Shown: positions 1 to 7,125 of the stretch, piece after piece | Numbering within the stretch: position 1 is the stretch's first letter | How the letters are laid out: each line of letters opens with the position of its first letter | NCBI GenBank assembly: GCA_964400435.1 | Contig: CAYNUR010000002.1 | Location: forward strand, 1 to 25,096 | Direction: 5' to 3' | DNA length: 25,096 nt | Origin: an uncultured Candidatus Peribacteria bacterium | Lineage (GTDB): Bacteria > Patescibacteriota > Gracilibacteria > UBA1369 > LOWO2-01-FULL-3 | Notes under the pieces: generated by a model | What the model was told of the DNA's origin: nothing | Seen by the model: only the letters and a program-made list of their open reading frames with translations | Database searches by the model: none | Position numbers and translations under genes: made by a program

Positions 1-1
1 A

Positions 2-586
2 TTGGCATCTACAAACGGTACAGACCTTCAAGCAATTATCGACGAGATGAAGTCAGGAAAAATGCCAGGAATCGAACTGTCAGCTGTGATTAGCAATAAA
101 AAATGTTATGCTTTAGAGCGTTCAGAGGCCCAAGGATTCGAAACTTTCTTCATTGATCCAAAAGGAAAAACAAGAGAAGAATTCGATCAAGAAATGATGG
201 AGCTACTAGAAAAAAAAGAAATAGATCTTATCTGCCTCATCGGCTATATGCGAATTTTAAGTGAAAAGTTCGTGAAAAAATTCGAAAACAAAATCATTAA
301 TGTTCATCCTGCTCTAATTCCAAAATATTCTGGGAAAGAATTTTATGGTTCAAATGTTCATCAAGCTGTCTTAGATTCAGGAGACAAAGAAACTGGAATG
401 ACAATACATTTTGTTGATGAAGGAGTAGATACTGGGAAAATAATCATCCAAAAATCTTGCCCAGTAACTCCTGACGATACAATTCAAACCTTAAAAGACA
501 AAGTTCAGACCTTAGAAAAGAAGTGGTATCCAGAGGTAATTAGAATGTTTGCTAAAGGAGAAATAGATCCTAAAGCTTCTTCTTGA
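2..586 (+). CDS. purN: Phosphoribosylglycinamide (GAR) formyltransferase, 5' end truncated by the window edge
   Basis: LASTNGTDLQAII N-terminal loop, LIGYMRILS, catalytic NVHPALIP and GVDTG motifs, G+TIHFVD; first codon TTG is probably internal (Leu). Confidence 0.95.
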   Translation: MASTNGTDLQAIIDEMKSGKMPGIELSAVISNKKCYALERSEAQGFETFFIDPKGKTREEFDQEMMELLEKKEIDLICLIGYMRILSEKFVKKFENKIINVHPALIPKYSGKEFYGSNVHQAVLDSGDKETGMTIHFVDEGVDTGKIIIQKSCPVTPDDTIQTLKDKVQTLEKKWYPEVIRMFAKGEIDPKASS

Positions 587-1877
587 TCTCATCTCGAGAA
601 CTCATATCTGCCTCAGCTCTATTCTCGCTTATTCTTAATTCCCAGCTTCCTCTTACAAAACTTTTTTCTGGAATATCTTGTGCGACAACTATCCCAGCAC
701 CAATAAAACTATTTCCACCAATCTTCACCCCAGGCATAAAACTAGTATTAATTCCAACTCGCACATTATTTCCTGTGATCAATCCAAATTTACTTTCACC
801 AGTGCAAGTTCTTTCACCTTTCACATTCACTAAAATATTTTTTTCATCTAGTCTCAAATTTCCGGTTACCGTGCCAGCTCCAAATGAAACATTTCTTCCG
901 ATAACACTATCTCCTACATAGTTAGAATGTGTCCAAACTTCACCATCCAAATAACTCCTCGCAACCTCAGTACTAAAACCAATTACACAATTATCACCCA
1001 CAAAGCTATCCCTTACCAATGCATTCGAAGCAATTATTGAACCATCACCAATATATGCCGGTCCATTCACAATCGCTCCATCAAAAATCTTCACATTCTT
1101 TCCAATAATTACCTCTCCATTAACAATAGCATTCTCAGAAATTTGAGCTGAATCATCAATCTTCTTCTCAGAAATTTCAAAAAAGTGTCGAGCCACTTTC
1201 ATCACATGCCAAGGATATTTTATTGCTTGCCAAAAACCATCATAAGAAACAGATTTAAAAGAGATCCCTGCTTTCATCATATCTGCCAAGGCAACCTCAT
1301 AAATGTCATCATTATCACTTTTTGCGCTTTCTAAATAGTCAATAAACCTACCTCCATCTCCAAAGTAATGCACAACCAAATTCACCAAATCACTCGGTTC
1401 ATTTCCCTCACCAGGCTTCTCAATGATATTTAAAATAAATCCATTCTCATCAGTTTCTAGATACCCACCAGGAAAATACTCATCAACTTTTTTCCCCAAT
1501 AGAAAATTTTCAGCATCCCCTTTCTCAATTTCTTTTTTCATTAATTGAAAAGCAGAATCTTCAACAACATCATTTCCGCTAACTACCAAAAAAGAATCAT
1601 TCACCAAGAATTCTTTTGCAGCTAAAACCGCACCACACATACCTTTATCATCATTTTGAATAGCAAAATCAGCCTTAACTTCTAATTCATCAAAGACCTT
1701 CTTCATATCTTCAATCACATTTTCCCTGCCAACAACCACAATCTCTTCAAAACCATTTTTCAATAATTTCTCAATTTGCCATTGGATCAAAGGTTTCCCC
1801 AAAAATTTTAAAAAATTCTTATCTTCAACCGGCTTCATCCTTTTACTTCTGCCAGCAACCATTAATAATACTTTCAT
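570..1877 (-). CDS. glmU: Bifunctional sugar-1-phosphate nucleotidyltransferase/acetyltransferase (archaeal-type GlmU-like; NTP_transferase + left-handed beta-helix)
   Basis: N-terminal LMVAGRSKRMKP...K..LGKPLI, IIEKP motif, C-terminal hexapeptide repeats (GPAYIG, SNYVGDSVIG.NVSFGAGTVTGNLR, VGINTSFMPGVKIG). Substrate not determinable from sequence. Confidence 0.75.
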   Translation of the reverse strand: MKVLLMVAGRSKRMKPVEDKNFLKFLGKPLIQWQIEKLLKNGFEEIVVVGRENVIEDMKKVFDELEVKADFAIQNDDKGMCGAVLAAKEFLVNDSFLVVSGNDVVEDSAFQLMKKEIEKGDAENFLLGKKVDEYFPGGYLETDENGFILNIIEKPGEGNEPSDLVNLVVHYFGDGGRFIDYLESAKSDNDDIYEVALADMMKAGISFKSVSYDGFWQAIKYPWHVMKVARHFFEISEKKIDDSAQISENAIVNGEVIIGKNVKIFDGAIVNGPAYIGDGSIIASNALVRDSFVGDNCVIGFSTEVARSYLDGEVWTHSNYVGDSVIGRNVSFGAGTVTGNLRLDEKNILVNVKGERTCTGESKFGLITGNNVRVGINTSFMPGVKIGGNSFIGAGIVVAQDIPEKSFVRGSWELRISENRAEADMSSRDEIKKKL

Positions 1878-1939
1878 GAGTTTATTTTAATGCCATAAAC
1901 CTCTATAATTTATACACATTTTTCCCTTAAAATAAAGTA

Positions 1940-3127
1940 ATGGAATTCGTTTATCGATTCAGAGCACTTCTAAAAAGTATTAAAGATTCCTGTTTTTCGC
2001 CACTAGCAAAGTTCCTTATCAGGTTTGGAGTTACCTGTAACCACATTACTCTAGTTAGTTTCACCTTTGGAATTTTAGCAGCAATTTTCCTCTCATATAG
2101 TCATCTATTATTTAGCATTTTTATTGCAGTTGCCGTTTTTTTAGATGGCCTAGATGGAGTAATGGCCAGACAAGGAAAACCAAAGGAGATAGGCTGGTTT
2201 TTAGATATGCTCAACGATCGCTTGGTAATGTTTTTCATTCTTGTACAAATCTATTTTAGCCAAAATCTAGATTTAATCACTCTTACTACTATCTCTTATG
2301 CCTTGGTAAAAGGATATTACATTTTTCAAAATACAGTCAGAAAAAAACAATATAATGCAGTTCATTTAGATTTGATTGCCTACATTTTCTTAATTTTTCA
2401 GGAATTCCAACTCGGTATATATTTCGTTTTAGCATCTTTAGCTTTTAATGTTTTGGAATTACTTATTCAAGCCTTAAAAAAGAATAAACAAAAGGCTAAA
2501 AAAGTAGTTAAAAAAGGAGTAACAGAAGTTAAGAATGAAACAACTTATGCAAATTTTATTTCACTATTGAGACCAATCTTAGCAATACTAGCTTTGTACT
2601 TTCTTAATTCACAACCTTATATTCTAGCTGGAACAATAACTATCATCATCCTTCTAGATGCTCTAGATGGTATCGTAGCTAGAAGATCAAAAAAGAAAGG
2701 AAAACATGGTGCTTTCATTGATATTATTGCTGACAGAGCTGTAGAGCTAATAATCCTATATGTTTATGCTTATTGGGGATTAATCACCTATTTATTCCCA
2801 ATAATTTTTACAGTTCGTGGCCTTTCTACAGATTTTCTTAGATTCTTAAATAGAAAGTATCCCGACATAAAATTTAAAGAACCTCTTTCTCTCGGTGGTG
2901 CAGATAATAGGTTTATTAGAGGTTTTTACGGTTTCATCAAGTTAGCTGCATTTTCGCTAATATTAATTCACCAATTATCTGGATTCTGGCTAATGGTCTT
3001 AGCTATTATCCTCAACCTTTATCGTGGTCTACCTGTAATATTTTCAAACAGATCGAAAGTGCTTTTTGCCAAATTTCTTGAAGAAAAAAAGTCCAAGAAA
3101 TCACAAAAAAAGATTCAAAATCCTTAA
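1940..3127 (+). CDS. Membrane protein with two tandem CDP-alcohol phosphatidyltransferase domains
   Basis: Two intact DxxDGxxAR(x7-8)GxxxDxxxD signatures: DGLDGVMARQGKPKEIGWFLDMLND and DALDGIVARRSKKKGKHGAFIDIIAD; each is preceded by an N-x-I-T/S motif and they are joined by a Lys-rich linker. Confidence 0.88.
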   Translation: MEFVYRFRALLKSIKDSCFSPLAKFLIRFGVTCNHITLVSFTFGILAAIFLSYSHLLFSIFIAVAVFLDGLDGVMARQGKPKEIGWFLDMLNDRLVMFFILVQIYFSQNLDLITLTTISYALVKGYYIFQNTVRKKQYNAVHLDLIAYIFLIFQEFQLGIYFVLASLAFNVLELLIQALKKNKQKAKKVVKKGVTEVKNETTYANFISLLRPILAILALYFLNSQPYILAGTITIIILLDALDGIVARRSKKKGKHGAFIDIIADRAVELIILYVYAYWGLITYLFPIIFTVRGLSTDFLRFLNRKYPDIKFKEPLSLGGADNRFIRGFYGFIKLAAFSLILIHQLSGFWLMVLAIILNLYRGLPVIFSNRSKVLFAKFLEEKKSKKSQKKIQNP

Positions 3128-4326
3128 GTGAGAACTTCCAAAAGCCTATCGTGATCAATTCCCTTCCGCACTTCAAGAGCTATTCGATCGCCATAACTCA
3201 AGCTTTCTCCATAAAGATATGAAGTAGCAGGAGTGAAACGTGTTCCTGGTGAACCCGGAATTCTCATACTCACATCGAAGACAACAAATTCCTCTTTTCC
3301 CTTATAAGAAGCCATCGCTCCCTGCAAAGCAAAAGGTCCAATAATTCCTGGATCAACTTCTTTTTTCAAAGTCTCAACAAATTTTTCCCCGGCATTAAAG
3401 GCCTTTTCTAGAATTGATTCTTTTGTCGTACAAGCAATATGTCCAGTTTCTACCATAGAAGGTTTATAGCCTGATTTTAAAAGACCCATTTGAGTCATTG
3501 CATCTAAACGTAAGAATCCATCAAGACTGGTTTGTCTTCTCGTATCAGTTCCCATAATCTCTAGTTCATCATCAATAGGGGAGTAAAAGTAATTAAAATT
3601 AATCTGAGCTCCCAAGACAAATTCTTCAATCACAGACTTATCCAAGTCTTCTTTTAATATTGTTCCATCTTTTATCATTTTTTCACTAGTATCCCAGTAT
3701 TCTTTTTCACTAGTAATAACAAAAAATGCTCTTTCATAACTTCTCTCAGCCTCATTTACTTTGATTATCAGAGGAAATCCTTCTTCACTAAAGTGTTTCT
3801 TCAATACTTCACTTACTTCCTCATCATTCATTCCACTATCTCCTGTCCGAAGAATTTTAGGAGTTCTAATTCCAGCTTTCTCCAGCAAAACATACTGATT
3901 GTTAGGGTGATCTCTTTCCTCTAATTTTACCAATTCTCTACTACCAAAAATCGGCACTTTAAAATTCTTTTCAACCTTCTCAAAATCGCAGTAAACCCAA
4001 AAATATCGATTATGAACGAAAATTGTATTCATTTCACGTAATTTCTTTTGAACATCGTCATTTACAACATCTCCAAACTTATCAACCATGATCACATCAT
4101 CAATACAACCAATTTCACCAGAAATGGAATAACCATCTTTTCTAGTTTTGTAATATTGTGAATAAGTTTTATCTCGACCTTTCTGGCAAACAGCCACCGT
4201 TTTAAAACCAAAATTTTTCGCTCCAGAACAAACATCTAATGCACTGTGACCACCTAGAACACCAATTGTTACATTTTCCATATCATAATCCGAAACTATT
4301 TTTGCAATTTCCTCCTTTGAAATCAT
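3124..4326 (-). CDS. purP: PurP-like ATP-grasp protein (archaeal FAICAR synthetase family, divergent paralogue)
   Basis: MISKEEI..Y...TIGVLGGHSALDV, VAVCQKGR, FNYFYSP..DELE, RRQTSLDGFLRL, GIIGPFALQ, RIALEVRKGI...L.EVLT match the PurP (DUF1246+DUF1297) family; symbol is family-level only. Confidence 0.85.
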   Translation of the reverse strand: MISKEEIAKIVSDYDMENVTIGVLGGHSALDVCSGAKNFGFKTVAVCQKGRDKTYSQYYKTRKDGYSISGEIGCIDDVIMVDKFGDVVNDDVQKKLREMNTIFVHNRYFWVYCDFEKVEKNFKVPIFGSRELVKLEERDHPNNQYVLLEKAGIRTPKILRTGDSGMNDEEVSEVLKKHFSEEGFPLIIKVNEAERSYERAFFVITSEKEYWDTSEKMIKDGTILKEDLDKSVIEEFVLGAQINFNYFYSPIDDELEIMGTDTRRQTSLDGFLRLDAMTQMGLLKSGYKPSMVETGHIACTTKESILEKAFNAGEKFVETLKKEVDPGIIGPFALQGAMASYKGKEEFVVFDVSMRIPGSPGTRFTPATSYLYGESLSYGDRIALEVRKGIDHDRLLEVLT

Positions 4327-4360
4327 AATTTTTTATTAAATTTTATCCCCCAAATTTTAT

Positions 4361-4903
4361 CTATAAATTTAGCAATTCTATATTTTCTTGCTGTGCTTCA
4401 ATCACTCCATTAATCAATTCATCTAACTCTATTCCCAATTCTTCAGCTCCTTGTCTCACATCTTCACGACTAACATTCGCAGCAAAAGCCTTATCTTTTA
4501 ATTTCTTCTTAACAGATTTTAGCTTCATCCCTTCAAACTTAGTTGGCCTAACTTGTGCAACAGCTACAACAAATCCAGACAATTCATCAACCGCAAATAA
4601 AGTTTTTTCCATCAAGCTTTCTCTCACAATATCAGGGTGATTTACATGTCTTTGAATTGCTTGAATAACATCTTCTTCAACATTTAATTCCCTCAAAATT
4701 TTTTCACCAGGTTTAGGATGCTCTTCAGGATATTTCTCATAATCAAAATCATGTAAAAGTCCTGTAATATACCATTTTTCACTGTCTTCACCATTCTTCT
4801 TTGCAAAATATTCCATTGATGATGCAACAGACCTACAATGTCTTCTCAAGCTCTCACTTTCTACATATTCTTGCAGAATTTTTTCTGCAGCTTCACGATT
4901 CAT
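4361..4903 (-). CDS. HD-superfamily metal-dependent phosphohydrolase (HDIG type)
   Basis: H...HD...D motif: LRRHCRSV, GLLHDFDYE, AIQRH, LFAVDELSGF; C-terminal KSVKKKLKDKAFAANVSRE typical of this small HD family. Confidence 0.85.
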   Translation of the reverse strand: MNREAAEKILQEYVESESLRRHCRSVASSMEYFAKKNGEDSEKWYITGLLHDFDYEKYPEEHPKPGEKILRELNVEEDVIQAIQRHVNHPDIVRESLMEKTLFAVDELSGFVVAVAQVRPTKFEGMKLKSVKKKLKDKAFAANVSREDVRQGAEELGIELDELINGVIEAQQENIELLNL

Positions 4904-4973
4904 GGATAATTTTTAACTTACAAAAAAAATATAACACGAACAAATCATGCTAGCGAGAATTTCAACTGCACAA

Positions 4974-5996
4974 CTAGCCTAAAACCATTTCTAATTTATC
5001 CTGTTCAATTGCTTCTTTAATATCTCTAGCAATTCTTCGTCCTGTACTCATAGGAACATCATACCTTAGCCAAGAATAAGGTGAACCATTGGTATAAGGA
5101 TTTGTTCCAGCTACAATTCTTGCTGAAATTTCAAAGATATAATAATTCAATTCAGGGTCCACAATTCCTTCTAAACAGAAAGGTCCAAACATCCCATTAT
5201 CAACAAGTTTTCTAGAAGCATCGACTACTTGCTGTCCCATCTCAAAAACAGTTGGCAAAACAGATTCTCTCAAAACAATCGGTACATTTCCAGTGATTGT
5301 ATACGTAGTTCTAATCCCCACATCAACTTGATCTTTAGCAGCGATTCTACCAATAGAATCCGCATTAGACTCATACCTCTTATCAAAGCTCATAATCTCT
5401 AATTCGTCATTCAGTCGACTATAAAAATAATGAGTATAAACTGGAACACCCACAATATATTCTTGAATCGCATAACCAGTCTCATCATCTTCAAACTCTT
5501 TGTACCTCTCATAAAATTCCTTAGTCGAATTCGCTAAGAAATATCCTTGTCCTCCACGTGCACCATGGAATTTAATAATAACAGGTCTATCAATTTCTTC
5601 AGGACTAGCAAAAACCTTAGGAAGTTTAATTCCTGCATCTAAAAGCCATTCTCTTTCTTTTGATCGATCAGATTCCCATTCCAAAATTCCCTTTGTACCA
5701 TAGTGCATAGCTTTCATATCAGTCTTAATCTTCTCAGCACCAAGATAAGCGACAAAAGAACCATGTGGAACAACTATTGCATTTTCATCAACCAGTTGTT
5801 GTTCAATAGAAAAGTAATCTTTAAATTTATCTACTTCAATAATTTTATCTGCAACACCATAGCTTGTGTAAGGCTTAGTTCTACCTTTTTCACAAATAAC
5901 AATAGTTTCAAAGCCTTCATCTTTTGCCCCCTTTAATATTTGAAGAGCGGTATGACTTCCCAGAGTTGCAATTTTAAAATCTTTTACTTTTGTCAT
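4974..5996 (-). CDS. purP: 5-formaminoimidazole-4-carboxamide ribonucleotide (FAICAR) synthetase, formate/ATP-dependent, archaeal type
   Basis: IATLGSHTALQILKGAKDEGF, PHGSFVAYLG, WESDR, IDRPVIIKFHGARGGQGYF, RYESNAD, GPFCLE, FEISARIVAGTN, MSTGRRIAR closely follow canonical PurP. Confidence 0.92.
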   Translation of the reverse strand: MTKVKDFKIATLGSHTALQILKGAKDEGFETIVICEKGRTKPYTSYGVADKIIEVDKFKDYFSIEQQLVDENAIVVPHGSFVAYLGAEKIKTDMKAMHYGTKGILEWESDRSKEREWLLDAGIKLPKVFASPEEIDRPVIIKFHGARGGQGYFLANSTKEFYERYKEFEDDETGYAIQEYIVGVPVYTHYFYSRLNDELEIMSFDKRYESNADSIGRIAAKDQVDVGIRTTYTITGNVPIVLRESVLPTVFEMGQQVVDASRKLVDNGMFGPFCLEGIVDPELNYYIFEISARIVAGTNPYTNGSPYSWLRYDVPMSTGRRIARDIKEAIEQDKLEMVLG

Positions 5997-6019
5997 ATTA
6001 AAAATAAGTACTTTTACCT

Positions 6020-6049
6020 ATCATACAAAGATTTTAACTGTTTTGTCTA
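6020..6049 (-). promoter_or_regulatory. Possible sigma70 promoter for purP
   Basis: Minus strand TAGACA-N18-TATGAT in the uppP-purP gap. Confidence 0.35.
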
Positions 6050-6056
6050 GTCTAAA

Positions 6057-6941
6057 TTAAACAAAGACACTTAACCCCAAAGCAATTAGATAAATTGAGA
6101 AAACTTTTAAACTATGTTTTTTCAAGTAGTTCATAAGGAAAAACACACTTGCAAGGCCAACTAAAAATGCAGAAATAAAGCCAATTCCTAAATTTAAGAA
6201 AGAAACACCAAGTTTACCAGTCTCTGCGACATTTATTCCCGTTAACAGTCCTGCACCAGCTAAGGCAGGAATTCCTAATAAAAAGGAAAACCTCGCAGCA
6301 GTTTCTCTCTTTATTCCTTGAAAAAGACCAGCTACAATTGTTGATCCAGATCTCGAAATTCCTGGAACTAACGCAAAAGCTTGAAATACCCCAATAAGTA
6401 AAGCTTTCCACCACTTCATTCTTCTCAATTCTGCCGGCTCAAAACCACCCGGTTGTAAATAGTCTCTTGCTGTATCAACTTTTTCTTTAACTTTAGTTTT
6501 TACAGAAGTTTTCTTATTTAATCTTTCAAAAGTAAATTCTCCCAATAAAAACAAAATTGCCAAACCAATCATCATTCCACCTACCATTTCCACTTTTCTA
6601 AAATTGCTATCAATCCAGTCTTCCATTGTTAATCCAAAAGCAACAGCTGGCACAGTTCCAATTAAAATATAACCAATCAATTTAGCATAAGGATCATTCC
6701 ATTTTGCCTTACCAGTAAAAAATTTACCAACTTCTTTAAGCATTCCCCAAATATCTTTCCAAAAATAAACTAAAATTGCTAGCAATGTCGCTAGGTGAAC
6801 CATTACATCAAAACTCTTTAAATTTTCAAAATCCAATCCCAAAAAGTCCTCCATTAAAACCAAATGTCCACTTGATGAAATAGGAAGGAACTCAGTTATT
6901 CCTTGTATAACTCCTAAAATCAATGCATCTAACCAAGTCAT
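6057..6941 (-). CDS. uppP: Undecaprenyl-diphosphate phosphatase (BacA/UppP)
   Basis: LGVIQGITEFLPISSSGHL and ALVPGISRSGSTI motifs, AARFSFLL, multiple TM helices. Confidence 0.96.
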   Translation of the reverse strand: MTWLDALILGVIQGITEFLPISSSGHLVLMEDFLGLDFENLKSFDVMVHLATLLAILVYFWKDIWGMLKEVGKFFTGKAKWNDPYAKLIGYILIGTVPAVAFGLTMEDWIDSNFRKVEMVGGMMIGLAILFLLGEFTFERLNKKTSVKTKVKEKVDTARDYLQPGGFEPAELRRMKWWKALLIGVFQAFALVPGISRSGSTIVAGLFQGIKRETAARFSFLLGIPALAGAGLLTGINVAETGKLGVSFLNLGIGFISAFLVGLASVFFLMNYLKKHSLKVFSIYLIALGLSVFV

Positions 6942-7028
6942 AATTATTACTTTTAAAATTCACAATCAAGAATACCACATGAATTTTCTAAAAAGAATTC
7001 AGCATACAGCTAAATAGCTACACCAAAC

Positions 7029-7056
7029 TTGCAAAAATGCAAATGTTATTGTATTA
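7029..7056 (+). promoter_or_regulatory. Probable sigma70 promoter for the SLH gene pair
   Basis: TTGCAA-N16-TATTAT upstream of the first SLH gene. Confidence 0.5.
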
Positions 7057-7125
7057 TAACATGAGTGCAATTCTCAATATCAGAGAAAATTGCGCCCAAA
7101 AATGAAAAGAAATAACAAAAATAAA

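Noticed and set aside
584-586. Genetic code 25 (TGA = Gly, Gracilibacteria-like), since purN is the only called gene ending in TGA
   Set aside because: Very long Gly-rich ORFs contain no in-frame TGA, and PurN ends at its normal length
200-3090. Poly-A runs of 7-8 nt as phase-variation tracts
   Set aside because: Explained by Lys/Glu codons in an AT-rich genome; reading frames are intact
6981-7000. Imperfect inverted repeat GAATTTTCTAAAAAGAATTC between the divergent uppP and SLH promoters as an operator
   Set aside because: Very AT-rich, likely by chance at this composition, and no regulator gene nearby
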